A stretch of DNA of 64,000 bases, from assembly GCA_041500985.1 (NCBI GenBank), contig JBGQNE010000016.1:3372-67371 (forward strand), read 5' to 3'. The notes beneath the pieces are model-generated. The model did no database searches, had not been told where the DNA came from, and saw only the letters and a program-made list of their open reading frames with translations. A program made the translations under genes and the position numbers. Within the stretch, counting starts at the first letter, position 1. Each line of letters opens with the position of its first letter. This DNA comes from Terriglobia bacterium (GTDB lineage: Bacteria; Acidobacteriota; Terriglobia; Acidiferrales; UBA7541). Positions 29,608-39,366 of this stretch are shown one piece after another.

Positions 29608-29931
29608 TCAGTACCGCGGAACCTGCGCATCCACTTCCTTCGACCAGCGCTCAATCCCCCCGGCCAGCGACCGCGCGCCCTCAATTCCCTTCGCCCGCAG
29701 CCACCCCGCCGCATCCAGGCTGCGGATGCCATGATGGCAATAGCAAATCACTTCCGTCACCCCCTCGAACGACGGCAGGTTCGCCGGGATGGTCTTCAGC
29801 GGAATCAGCTTGGCCCCCTCCAACCGGCACAAATCGTATTCCCACTTCTCGCGCACATCCACGAGAAGAAACTTTTCCCCGCGCTCCGTGCGCTGCTTCA
29901 ATTCCTGCGGAGTAATCTGCAAATCGCTCAT
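29608..29931 (-). CDS. Rhodanese-like sulfurtransferase
   Basis: DVREKWE, CHHGIRS, LAGGIERW. Confidence 0.93.
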   Translation of the reverse strand: MSDLQITPQELKQRTERGEKFLLVDVREKWEYDLCRLEGAKLIPLKTIPANLPSFEGVTEVICYCHHGIRSLDAAGWLRAKGIEGARSLAGGIERWSKEVDAQVPRY

Positions 29932-30693
29932 TCAATCCGCTTTCCAGACCGGAGGCCGTTTTTCCAGAAACGCCCGAATCCCTTCGGGAGCGTCGTGGGT
30001 CTTCATCAGCACCTCAAGATAGACGCGTTCGGCTTCGCCCAGTTGTTTCTCGAACTCATCGGCGTGCAGCCGCCACAGCGTTTTCCTGGTCAGCCGCAAC
30101 ACGCTGCCGCTCAATCCGCGGAGTTCTCCGAGCAGCGTTTCCACCGTGGCGGCAAGCTGCCCTTGCGGAGCGAGGCGCGTAACCAGTCCCATGCGATGCG
30201 CTTCCCGTCCGTCCACCGTGCGCCCCGTGAAAATCAAATCCATGGCCGCACGCATTCCGCAGAGCTGCGGAAACGTCACCATGGCCACCGGAGGATAGCA
30301 GGCCAGCTTGATTTCCGGCTGGCCGAACTTGGCCGTCTCTTCGGCGATCACGAAATCGCAAAACGTGGCCAGCTCCATGCCGCCGCCCAGGCACAGACCG
30401 TGCACGGCGGCGATGGTCACGCATTCGGCGCGCGCCAGCCGGCGAAAAAGTCCGTGAAACGCGGCCAGCATATCGCCCACGCGCTCCGGCGTGTGGTCGC
30501 CCACTTCCGCTCCGGCGGAAAAGCCTTTGGCCCCCGCGCCCTGCAAAACCAGAATGTCGCATTGCGGCAGGATGCGCGCGATCACGGCGTCCAGCTCGCC
30601 CATCATGGCGATGTTCAGCACGTTCAGCGGCGGGCGATTCAGCGTCACCCAGGCCGTGCGCCCGTCCATTCGCACTTCTATCGTTTCGCTCAT
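29932..30693 (-). CDS. Enoyl-CoA hydratase/isomerase (dienoyl-CoA hydratase-like)
   Basis: Start MSETIEV; LNRPPLNVL, FSAGAEV, CLGGGMEL, FGQPEI. Confidence 0.9.
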   Translation of the reverse strand: MSETIEVRMDGRTAWVTLNRPPLNVLNIAMMGELDAVIARILPQCDILVLQGAGAKGFSAGAEVGDHTPERVGDMLAAFHGLFRRLARAECVTIAAVHGLCLGGGMELATFCDFVIAEETAKFGQPEIKLACYPPVAMVTFPQLCGMRAAMDLIFTGRTVDGREAHRMGLVTRLAPQGQLAATVETLLGELRGLSGSVLRLTRKTLWRLHADEFEKQLGEAERVYLEVLMKTHDAPEGIRAFLEKRPPVWKAD

Positions 30694-30750
30694 GCGCAAT
30701 CCTCCCCTGCCAGCCGTTCCATTCCCCAGCGCCAGCCAAAAAGCTACATC

Positions 30751-30853
30751 TGTCACTCTGAGGGCGCGCAGCGCCCGAAGAATCTCAACTCCAAGTCTTG
30801 CAATCACTCCACGTTGAGATCCTTCGGCCGGCTTCACCGTCCTCAGGATGACA
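30751..30853. repeat. Intergenic palindromic repeat, full copy inside an operon
   Basis: TGTCACTCTGAGGG...CCCGAAGAATCTCAAC and GTTGAGATCCTTCGG...CCTCAGGATGACA. Confidence 0.85.
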
Positions 30854-30891
30854 CCCGCGAAAATATTCCGCCCCTCCAGCCCTGCGCGCGC

Positions 30892-31707
30892 TTAGCGCCC
30901 CTGAAAATTCGGCGCGCGCTTCTCGAAAAACGCGCGAATTCCTTCGCTGCAATCCTCGGAATGGAAGCAGACCAGTTGCTGCTGCACTTCGCGCTCGAGC
31001 GCGGCTTCCAGTGCGGCCTTCTCGTTTCCGAAGAGCACCTTCTTCACCGCGCGTATCGCCAGCGGCGGCCCTTGCGCGATCTTGCGCGCCAGCGCGCCCA
31101 CTTCCGCTTCCAGTTGCGCCAGCGGGACCACGCGGTTCACGATGCCCATTTGCAACGCGGCCTGCGCCGTGATCAGGTCGCCGGTGTAAAACATCTCGGC
31201 GGCGCGCGATGGCCCCACCAGTTGCGGCAGAAAAAACGTTCCGCCATAGTCCGGGAAAAGCCCCACCTTCGCGAAGTTCTGCCCGAAGCCGGCTTCCTCG
31301 GCGGCAATGCGGATGTCCGCGCCAAGCGCCACGTTCATTCCCGCGCCCGCCGCCACTCCGTTGACCGCCGCAATCACCGGCTTGGCCATGGTGCGCATGC
31401 GGATCACCGCCTGCATCCCCGCGCGCAACAGCGGCTCCAGTTGCGTATGATCGCCCTTCTCGCGCCCGGCGCGAATCTGCCCCAGATCGCCACCGGCGCA
31501 AAACGCGCGCCCCGCGCCGGTGACCACCACCACGCGCACGGACTCATCCGCTTCGAAGCGCCCCAGCGCATCGTTGAGCGCCGTCGAAAGTTCATTGTTC
31601 AAAGCGTTCAGGCGGTCGGGGCGGTTCATCACCACTGTGGCGATGCCGTCGCTTTGCGAAGTCAGGATGACCGGGCCAGCGGCTGCCGGCTGTGCCGCGT
31701 TGCTCAT
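30892..31707 (-). CDS. Enoyl-CoA hydratase/isomerase (PaaG-like)
   Basis: NRPDRLNA, FCAGGDL, AAGAGMN, VGLFPDYGG. Confidence 0.92.
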   Translation of the reverse strand: MSNAAQPAAAGPVILTSQSDGIATVVMNRPDRLNALNNELSTALNDALGRFEADESVRVVVVTGAGRAFCAGGDLGQIRAGREKGDHTQLEPLLRAGMQAVIRMRTMAKPVIAAVNGVAAGAGMNVALGADIRIAAEEAGFGQNFAKVGLFPDYGGTFFLPQLVGPSRAAEMFYTGDLITAQAALQMGIVNRVVPLAQLEAEVGALARKIAQGPPLAIRAVKKVLFGNEKAALEAALEREVQQQLVCFHSEDCSEGIRAFFEKRAPNFQGR

Positions 31708-32216
31708 GATTTTTCTCCCTTGCGCATGAATTTCGCGAGTTCGCGAAATACTTTCAGCTTCGCCGCGCGACCCGCCGTATTTGCGCCGCTCGAAGAGGGC
31801 AGGACGAACACATGCGCCCCATAAAGCAGTTCCTTCTGCGCGCCCAGCTTGCAGCGGCGCTGCGTAAAATATTCGTAAGTCATCTTGCCGTGAAACGCGA
31901 CGATGCGCGGCGCCAGCTCCTCGATCTTCCGCGACAGCAGCACGCGTCCCGCCGCGAAATCCTCCCGCTCCAGTTCCTCGATTCCCTTGGTGGGACGCTT
32001 GACCAGGTCGGTGAGCCCCACGCCGAATTCCAGCACGCGCTTGTCGTCGCGCGATTCCAGCGGCTCGGGAATCACGCCGGAGTCATACAGCAGCGTCCAG
32101 AACTGATTGCCCCGCCCGGAATAATAATGTCCCGCGCGCACCGAGGATTCGCTGGGATTGCAGCCCACAATCACCAGCTTCATGCTCTTGCGCAAATAGT
32201 CTTGAAGAGTTTTCAC
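31704..32216 (-). CDS. mug: Mismatch-specific uracil DNA glycosylase (MUG/TDG)
   Basis: GCNPS..GHYY...NQFW, GLTDLV, LPSSSG. Confidence 0.9.
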   Translation of the reverse strand: MKTLQDYLRKSMKLVIVGCNPSESSVRAGHYYSGRGNQFWTLLYDSGVIPEPLESRDDKRVLEFGVGLTDLVKRPTKGIEELEREDFAAGRVLLSRKIEELAPRIVAFHGKMTYEYFTQRRCKLGAQKELLYGAHVFVLPSSSGANTAGRAAKLKVFRELAKFMRKGEKS

Positions 32217-32218
32217 GT

Positions 32219-33028
32219 TTACCGGCCCTGGAACTTCGGCGCGCGTTTTTCCACGTATGCCGCGAGGCCTTCCTTCGCGTCCTCGCTGGTGAAAAGTTCC
32301 TGCTGCAATTCGCGTTCGAGCGCCAGCCCTTCCGAAAGCGGAATTTGCGATCCGGTGATCACGGCGCGCTTGATGCGCCCGACCGCCAGCGACGCCTTAT
32401 TCGGCGGGCAGAACTGTTTGGCATACGCCATCACGTCCCGCCAGAAAGTTTGTGCGTCATAAACATGATGAATGAGTCCGAGCGCTTTTGCTTCTTCCGT
32501 TCCGCAGGTCGCCGCGGAAACCATCATCTCGATGGCCCGCGCATTGCCCACCAGGCGGCAGAGGCGTTGCGTTCCGCCGGTGCCGGGGAGCACGCCGAGA
32601 TTCACTTCCGGGAGGCCGATTTTCCCGCCGTCTTTCCTGGCGATGCGGATGTCGCAGGCCAGGGCGACTTCGAAACCGCCGCCGACGGTGTGGCCGTTAA
32701 GCGCGGCGATGACCAGCTTGGGCGTCTGTTCCAGTCGGCAAAGGGTTTCGTTGGCGTGCAGGCAGAAATAATATTTGAACTGCGGGGTGGCCTTGGTGAG
32801 CATGGAAATTCCCGCGCCGGCGCAGAAGAATTTTTCGCCCGCGCCGCGCAGAACGATCACATGGACGGAGTCGTCCATGCGGGCCCGGAGAATACAGGCG
32901 TCGAGCTGCTGCAGCATTTCGTAGGAGTAGGTGTTGGCGGGAGCATCGTCCAATTCGAAAACGGCCACGCCGTCTTCCACGCGGTAATGCACCAATTCTT
33001 TTTGTTCCGTCTGTTGCGTCGCTGTCAT
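32219..33028 (-). CDS. Enoyl-CoA hydratase/isomerase
   Basis: FFCAGA, VGGGFEVALACD, PEVNLGVLPGTGGT. Confidence 0.93.
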   Translation of the reverse strand: MTATQQTEQKELVHYRVEDGVAVFELDDAPANTYSYEMLQQLDACILRARMDDSVHVIVLRGAGEKFFCAGAGISMLTKATPQFKYYFCLHANETLCRLEQTPKLVIAALNGHTVGGGFEVALACDIRIARKDGGKIGLPEVNLGVLPGTGGTQRLCRLVGNARAIEMMVSAATCGTEEAKALGLIHHVYDAQTFWRDVMAYAKQFCPPNKASLAVGRIKRAVITGSQIPLSEGLALERELQQELFTSEDAKEGLAAYVEKRAPKFQGR

Positions 33029-33092
33029 CTTCGGTTTCCTCGTGAGGTTGAGTACCCATGATGCCAGAAAAATGACGCAGCGCCGGGAGTTC

Positions 33093-33701
33093 TCATTGCT
33101 TTTTTCCAGCCAGGACGCCGTGCAGAAAAATGCCGGTCATGGATTCGGCGAGTTCCGCGGCGCCCGGGTCCACCTTGGGATTGTGCCATTTGTAGACCCA
33201 GTTCATCATGCCGTAAAGGCTCAGCACGGCGACGCGGGGACTGAGATGAGCGGCGCGGCCATCGCGATTCAATTCGTCGAAGATGCCGCGGGCCAGCGAG
33301 TAGTAGCGGCGCTTGATGGAGAGGAGCTCCTTTCGAAACGGCTCTTCGATGGCGTCTTCTTCGTGGGAGAGGACTTTCATTTCGGCGGGATGCGCCATGA
33401 AATATTCCAGGTGATTCTGGATAAAAAGGAGCAAGCGGCGCTGGGGGTCGCGGACGCCTTCGAGGCGGGCTTCGAGCGAGTGCAGGATGCTGGTAAAAGC
33501 GTTGGACTGAATCAGATAGAGGAGTTTCTGTTTGCTTTCGAAATAGTAGTACAGGCCGGAAAGAGAGACGCCGGAGGAGCGGCTGATTTCGCGGATGGAG
33601 GATGCGCCGAAGCCGCGGCTGGCGAAGATGCTGGCGGCGTGACGAAGGATGTGCTCGAGCTTGGCTTCGGTGTCGCGGGGGATGGGAGCGCGGTCAGGCA
33701 T
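33093..33701 (-). CDS. TetR-family regulator (PaaR/KstR2-like)
   Basis: HTH SIREISRSSGVSLSGLYYYFESK; GMMNWVYKW. Confidence 0.93.
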   Translation of the reverse strand: MPDRAPIPRDTEAKLEHILRHAASIFASRGFGASSIREISRSSGVSLSGLYYYFESKQKLLYLIQSNAFTSILHSLEARLEGVRDPQRRLLLFIQNHLEYFMAHPAEMKVLSHEEDAIEEPFRKELLSIKRRYYSLARGIFDELNRDGRAAHLSPRVAVLSLYGMMNWVYKWHNPKVDPGAAELAESMTGIFLHGVLAGKKQ

Positions 33702-33704
33702 ACG

Positions 33705-33760
33705 AGTCTTTCTCGAACGTTCGTTCGAGAAAGACTAACTTCCCTGCCGCGGGGTGTCAA
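33705..33760 (-). promoter_or_regulatory. Promoter and TetR operator
   Basis: TTGACA (33760-33755)-17 nt-TAGTCT; perfect 15-bp inverted repeat AGTCTTTCTCGAACG-TT-CGTTCGAGAAAGACT at 33705-33736. Confidence 0.85.
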
Positions 33761-33877
33761 GAGGCTCGGGCCGGATACTGACGCAATTTGGCGGAGCAGG
33801 GACTACGTTCCTCGCGAGCGGTCGCAGGGCAGCCGCTCAAGCGGCTTGCTAATAATAGGTGCGGCGGCTCAAACGGT

Positions 33878-36433
33878 TCAGATAGGGCGCGGGCGTAACC
33901 GATGCGCCAACGTGATGTCGGACAGAACGAGGCCTCGATTTTGCAGGCCCAGACGCACCTCTTCGCGCACAGGCGCCGTGGCGGCGATGTCGGATATAGT
34001 CAGGATCAGTGAGAAGGCCACGCCATCACTAGGAAACGCCACACCCGCACGCACGAGGCTCTCAAGAGATAGCCTCCAGTTCGAGGAATTACCCCGTCCC
34101 TCTGGCATTGACAGCTGATATCGCTTCAGCGGAGACCATTTGAGTCCGGTCTTGATGAGGTAGCTCTCGCTCTTGTTCATACCTTGGGGCACATCGCCCG
34201 CGTCATGGTTCAGGCGACTTTCCCAGCTAATTTCCCCTGTGTCCTCACTCAACTTCTCCTGATACAGATGAGCTTCGAGCTGCACCCGGATTGCCTCTTC
34301 GCCGTGATCGCGATCGATCGGCGGCGTGTAGCTCAATGTCACCGCCGCCTGCCCCCGGCAGGAGCCTTCAGCCCCCACCAGCGAGCGAGGCCAAGCGAAG
34401 GGAAATTCCAGTCGCTGCCTCGACAGTAGTCGCTCATTGAACACGAGCGTTACTGAATGAGGCTCATCGTTCAGAATTAAATCGGCGACGGGCGCAATAC
34501 CGAATCCGACGAACTCGCGGGAAACGTGGCGCAGTGCTGGCCGGTCAAGGGCATCAGGGCGCTTGGCGCGATGTACTGGCAGCGCCAGCAAAGTTTCGCG
34601 TGCGGCCTGGCGCGCCAGCCGCTGATCGAGCGTTGCGATTGTCGCGGCCGTCAATGGAGCGGCGAAACTCGTGCCGCAGTTGTGTACAGCCTCGCCGCTC
34701 GGATTGAGCGAGACCAGCCCAGTCCGATTGTTTGAATCCACCCCACCGTAGTGGGACAACTCTGGCTTGCGTGCGCCGCCTACGCCGGGACCGCGCCTCG
34801 TATAGGTCGTCGGCATCTGCGGCACGTGACCGACCACACCGTGTGGGTTCACCGCACCGACGGTAATGCCGAGGATATGCTCTGCCGGGGGGGTGAGCTG
34901 CTGATTATCGGAGCCGAATCCGGCCAACATCACAGCTGCGTCTTCAGCCTTCTCCGGCCACGGCGGTCGGCTGGAAGTAACCAAATTGCCTGCTGCGACC
35001 ACGAAGACCACATCATTCGTCCGCGCAATCCGGTCCAACCGATCGGCTGCTAGCGAGTAAGCCAAACGCGAAGGACGTTGGCCGATCGAGAAACTCAGGT
35101 TGAAGACCCGCACGCCATGGTCGCGCTTTGCCACCTTGACCTTCTCATCGAGCACGTCAAAGAGTTCTTCGAGATCCGAATAGTAGGTTTGCCGTAGGTC
35201 CCGGCGAGGGAAAAGATCGAGATCGTAGAATTTGCAGCCAGCTGGTTCAATCGCGCTGCTGAGGGCCGGGTTTAGGGAACTTCCCGCACTCACCAACCCC
35301 GCAATGAACGTGCCGTGTGCTTCATCGCGATCACTTGTCGGCACGAGGCCAGCATCTCCGACCTTCCATTTTTCCAGCGGGGCGACACTCACCCCGCCGT
35401 CAATAATTGCTATGGTTGGATAATCGACTCCTGCCGCGGGCTCAGCCACGCTAAACTTGCCGAGATTTGCGCCTCCGCTTGCCGGAGTGGTTTCCAGCAT
35501 TGGCGGAAGTTCGACGGATCGGACTAGCGTTTGCTCGGCAAAGAAAGCTAACAGTTCGGCATGGCGACCCGGAGTCAGATCAGCCCGTACGCCCCGCATT
35601 GCCGAGGGTAGAGACGCTTCGGCCATTACCGCAGCGCGCCCGTCCGCCGAGAACGGGAGCTCTATCAGTCGGCGGCTATCGGTTGTCAGTTGGACCGAGA
35701 GGGCAAGGCTCGGCTCGCCAAACTGCGTGGTCAACGTCGCAGGCAGAAATGGGCGCACCAACATACCGCCTTGCAAGTGATTCAGCCCCTCCCGAAACTG
35801 AGCCACCATTTGATCGACCTCGTGAGGATTGACACCACGATCCGGCCGAAAAAGTTCGACAATGTAGCCGCCGATTACATTAAGCTGGTGCATCCAGCGC
35901 ACAGCTTCCTCGGCCGAAAATGTCACTTTGTCCGTAGCGTCGTAAAGGCGGATATCCTCGATGCCGCCCAGCTCGCTGCGATAGCCGGACACGCGCGGCT
36001 CCCGTTTTCCAGTTTTACGGTTCACGACGAACCTCGGGCGCAATTCCGCTTTGGTCTCGATGATGTTAGCGAGTTGATCGAGAGCCCCCGGCGTCGCCTG
36101 AAACAGCAACTCGCCGACCTTCTCAGCCCCCACCAACGCGAATCGGTTGGACGGAGTGAATAGGCTTCCCAGAGGGCGGTGACTCTTGGCCAGCGCCTCC
36201 TCGCGCTGCCGGACCTTGATGAACCCGCCTGGCTGTTTAACGCGCCGCAGGCTCTTAGCGACCCCCTCGACCCGTGCCTTGAGTCGCGTCTTGTGCTCGG
36301 CAAAACCCTTATCGTTACCTTGGAAGAAATCCTTAGACCCACCGCCGAACGGCTGCGGCTCCGGCAATTCAATGAACCGCTTGGTGTCCAGAAAAACCTG
36401 AATCGGCCGTAGATCGCTGGGTTTGTCAGGCAT
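33878..36433 (-). CDS. ietS: S8 serine peptidase of an IetAS-type module
   Basis: Triad motifs IIDGG, HGTFIAG, GTSFAAP; oxyanion AAGN; no signal peptide; overlaps the AAA gene. Confidence 0.85.
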   Translation of the reverse strand: MPDKPSDLRPIQVFLDTKRFIELPEPQPFGGGSKDFFQGNDKGFAEHKTRLKARVEGVAKSLRRVKQPGGFIKVRQREEALAKSHRPLGSLFTPSNRFALVGAEKVGELLFQATPGALDQLANIIETKAELRPRFVVNRKTGKREPRVSGYRSELGGIEDIRLYDATDKVTFSAEEAVRWMHQLNVIGGYIVELFRPDRGVNPHEVDQMVAQFREGLNHLQGGMLVRPFLPATLTTQFGEPSLALSVQLTTDSRRLIELPFSADGRAAVMAEASLPSAMRGVRADLTPGRHAELLAFFAEQTLVRSVELPPMLETTPASGGANLGKFSVAEPAAGVDYPTIAIIDGGVSVAPLEKWKVGDAGLVPTSDRDEAHGTFIAGLVSAGSSLNPALSSAIEPAGCKFYDLDLFPRRDLRQTYYSDLEELFDVLDEKVKVAKRDHGVRVFNLSFSIGQRPSRLAYSLAADRLDRIARTNDVVFVVAAGNLVTSSRPPWPEKAEDAAVMLAGFGSDNQQLTPPAEHILGITVGAVNPHGVVGHVPQMPTTYTRRGPGVGGARKPELSHYGGVDSNNRTGLVSLNPSGEAVHNCGTSFAAPLTAATIATLDQRLARQAARETLLALPVHRAKRPDALDRPALRHVSREFVGFGIAPVADLILNDEPHSVTLVFNERLLSRQRLEFPFAWPRSLVGAEGSCRGQAAVTLSYTPPIDRDHGEEAIRVQLEAHLYQEKLSEDTGEISWESRLNHDAGDVPQGMNKSESYLIKTGLKWSPLKRYQLSMPEGRGNSSNWRLSLESLVRAGVAFPSDGVAFSLILTISDIAATAPVREEVRLGLQNRGLVLSDITLAHRLRPRPI

Positions 36434-37703
36434 TGGCGTTCGCCTCCCTCTGCGCCTCGCTCATCTCGCCGCGTTTACCGCGCCGCGAGACAGCACTCTG
36501 AGAAAGGCCCAGCACGGTCCCGCGTTCGGCCTGATTCAGTTTGGCTTCCTGTAGTGCTTGGTTTAAAGCATCGATAGGGCCAGTGAGTAACGCCGCCCGA
36601 TCAATAGCGAACATGCGCGCGTTGAGTGCTGCCTGACGACGCAACCCTTCAAGAATCAGCGGGACGCGTGTCGATTCACGCAATGGTTCAGATCGCTCCG
36701 CTCTATCTTCCGTCGCTGGCTCAGGTCGTTTGTGTAAAACCAGAAAGCGCTTGCCTGCGTCCACCAACATCTCGATGTCGGCACCGCTCATGCCTTCCGT
36801 CGCCCAAACCAGGAATCGCATTTCCGCGGGCTCGGGAGTTATTGGAGTAAGGAAATGCGCAAGCAGCAGTTTGCGCGCCTCCGGCTCCGGCTTGTGAAGT
36901 TCTATCCGCGAGTCGAAGCGGCGCCAGACCGCAGGATCGAGCAGATGCTCATGGTTGGTAGCCGCAATTGTTATGCCCGTCCCGTTTCTTGAGTCGAGCG
37001 ACTGCAGCAGAGTATTGACAACTCGCTTTATTTCGCCAATTTCCTGCACATCATCGCGAGCCTTCGCCACAGCGTCGAACTCGTCGAGGAACAAGACGCA
37101 TCGATAGCGGTTCGCAAATTCGAAGAGAGCGCCAATATTCCGCGCAGTCGTACCCAGGAAGGACGACATCAGGCCGTCAAGCCGCACTTCCACGCAAGGG
37201 AGAGTGAGTTGGCGGGCCAGGTAGCGCGCAAGTTTGGTTTTCCCCACTCCAGGCGGGCCGTAAATTAAGCAACGCATGTGCGGTCGAGCGCCGAGACGCG
37301 CAAGTTCCTCGCGATGCTTCCATTCCGCCAGAAGATCGTTCACCGCTGCAGCGAGTGGTGCGTTTAGAACCGGTGCATTGATCGCATCGGCTGCGGGAAA
37401 CATTACGCGCGCAAGCGGAGTTCCGGTCTCCCGATCAGTAGGTAGCGGGGTCGAAGGCGAGAGCGTTTCACCTGGCAGCTGACGGCGTGCCGCTTCGGCC
37501 GTGGCACGCATTTCCTCCATCGCCAACGGGGCCATCGTTTGACGGCGGCGGTCACGCGATAACAGCCGATTGAGCTTGGCGGCTTGTTCCGCATCAGATT
37601 TCGCCAGCACATCCCGCAACCGCTCGATTTGCTGGTTCGCGCGCCCCCCCTCCGCATCCAACGCTATGCGCGCCAAGGTCAGGATAATGTCAAAGTTTTC
37701 CAT
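36426..37703 (-). CDS. ietA: AAA+ ATPase of an IetAS-type module
   Basis: GPPGVGKT, FLDEFD, EIKRVVNTLLQ, ATNHEHLLDPAVWRRF; HTH-like C-terminus. Confidence 0.88.
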   Translation of the reverse strand: MENFDIILTLARIALDAEGGRANQQIERLRDVLAKSDAEQAAKLNRLLSRDRRRQTMAPLAMEEMRATAEAARRQLPGETLSPSTPLPTDRETGTPLARVMFPAADAINAPVLNAPLAAAVNDLLAEWKHREELARLGARPHMRCLIYGPPGVGKTKLARYLARQLTLPCVEVRLDGLMSSFLGTTARNIGALFEFANRYRCVLFLDEFDAVAKARDDVQEIGEIKRVVNTLLQSLDSRNGTGITIAATNHEHLLDPAVWRRFDSRIELHKPEPEARKLLLAHFLTPITPEPAEMRFLVWATEGMSGADIEMLVDAGKRFLVLHKRPEPATEDRAERSEPLRESTRVPLILEGLRRQAALNARMFAIDRAALLTGPIDALNQALQEAKLNQAERGTVLGLSQSAVSRRGKRGEMSEAQREANANA

Positions 37704-38154
37704 TTGATGCTATCTTGCCTCAGAAGTATGCGGTTTCATGGACATAGTATGCATAATCGTATCCTGTAATGCAAGAAGTTAATTTATTATGTGAACCAAG
37801 AGTACAGAGATGCATTCCAGCCGTACTTGAAGTTCTCAAAGGGGCAAATCCACCGAACTGCCTGACTTGCAAGGGTTGTGTAATCAATGCATTGCATGGA
37901 ATGCAGGGACTCCTCGTGCTTGCTTTTGTGCCCGTGCGCGAACCTGGCAACCGAAGCGGAAGCGCCGTCTCCTGAACCCGGTCAGCCCGCACAACAGTGC
38001 TGGCATTCGACATCTCTGCTTCTCCCGCGACTCACCCCAAGACCTTTCTGCCGACCCGTGTCCGGAATGCTCACAGCAAGAACATTTCTGTACAGCCGAA
38101 TCGAGAGCAGCCCGAGGGAGTAGTCATGCTGCTGATAGGCCCAGCCCCTGAAAA

Positions 38155-39129
38155 TTAGACAGGTTCGCCAGCCCAGAGCGGGAGTTCCCTGCCCAGGTTC
38201 TTTTCCTTGGCGCCCAGATAGACGTGGAGGGCGGCGGCGAGGTCCCAGACGGCGAGGCCGTTGGATTTGAAGAGGGTGATCTGGGAATTGTTTTCGCGGC
38301 CGGGGAGTTTTCCAGAGACGAGTTGATGGAGTTCTCCGACGGCGGACCAGCGGGATTCGTCGCCGGCGAAGGAGAGGATGAGGTCGCCGGCTTCCTGGCG
38401 GGCTTGGTCGAGGGAGTCGGTGAAGATGACCTGGGAGCGGGAGACGGCGGAATCGTCGAGTTCGCGTTTGTGGGCGTGGTTGGCGCCGATGGCGTTGATG
38501 TGAATGCCGGGAGGAAGATCCGCGCCATGCAGAACAATCTGCGATGAGGTGGTGGCGGTGCAGACGATGTCGGCGTCCTGGACGGCCGCGGCGGAGGAGG
38601 TGGCTTCGCTGACGGGAATGCCGAGTTGCGCGGACATTTCGCGGCAGAACTTGGCGCGGCGATCGGGATTGCGGCCATAGGCGCGGGCGGAGGCGAGGTT
38701 TCGAACGGCGGCGACGGCGGCGAGCTGGGTACGGGCCTGGCCGCCGGTGCCGATGATGGCGGCGACTTTGGCATCGGGGCGGGCGAGGTATTTGGTGGCT
38801 ACGCCGGAGGCCGCGCCGGTGCGGAGCTGGCCGAGGACGTCGGCTTCGATCATGGCGGCCATTTCGCCGGTGTCCATGCGGTAGAGCAGGACGATGAAGC
38901 GGATGCGGCCTTTGACGAAGGTGTAGAGCTTGGTGGCGACATAGCCGGCGGCGAGGTCGGCGGCGGACATGTAGTGGAAAAAGCCGCCGCCGGGAAATTC
39001 AATGCGGCGGCGGGAATGGACGACGGCTTCGCCGGAGGACTGCTTGCGGGAGATTTGCTCGACGGCGGCGATGGCGGCGGGCATGTCGAGCAGGGCGCGG
39101 ACTTCGGATTCGTTGATGTGCAGGACCAT
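38155..39129 (-). CDS. Ornithine cyclodeaminase/mu-crystallin family protein
   Basis: LRTGAASGVA, IGTGGQA, HINAIGA, FKSNGLAVWD. Confidence 0.93.
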   Translation of the reverse strand: MVLHINESEVRALLDMPAAIAAVEQISRKQSSGEAVVHSRRRIEFPGGGFFHYMSAADLAAGYVATKLYTFVKGRIRFIVLLYRMDTGEMAAMIEADVLGQLRTGAASGVATKYLARPDAKVAAIIGTGGQARTQLAAVAAVRNLASARAYGRNPDRRAKFCREMSAQLGIPVSEATSSAAAVQDADIVCTATTSSQIVLHGADLPPGIHINAIGANHAHKRELDDSAVSRSQVIFTDSLDQARQEAGDLILSFAGDESRWSAVGELHQLVSGKLPGRENNSQITLFKSNGLAVWDLAAALHVYLGAKEKNLGRELPLWAGEPV

Positions 39130-39166
39130 TTTTTCTCCTCAAGGAAGACGACACAGCCTAGTCGCG

Positions 39167-39194
39167 GTAGGGGCACGGCATGCCGTGCCCCTAC
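39167..39194. repeat. GTAG-type REP palindrome
   Basis: Perfect 28-bp palindrome GTAGGGGCACGGCATGCCGTGCCCCTAC. Confidence 0.8.
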
Positions 39195-39300
39195 GACCGC
39201 GAAACCGTGCGAGCAATTCTAGCAGGTTGGGGACGAATGGTTGAAAACTGGATTGGGGCGGCCGTGAGGCGAGCGGAGAAAATCGGAGAAGAAAGCAAGA

Positions 39301-39325
39301 TGCCGGGCTGAAGCCCGGCGCTACA
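39301..39325 (-). repeat. GTAG-type REP
   Basis: TGTAGC-GCCGGGCT-TC-AGCCCGGC on the minus strand. Confidence 0.7.
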
Positions 39326-39366
39326 TAAACAAGAGTGGGCGAGGCATCTGCATGCGGAGCGGAAAA

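Noticed and set aside
33795-38130. Weak inverted similarity at the IetAS insert edges (AGCAGGGACTACGTTCCTCG versus AGCATGACTACTCCCTCG)
   Set aside because: Needs gaps; no target duplication or transposase; may be chance
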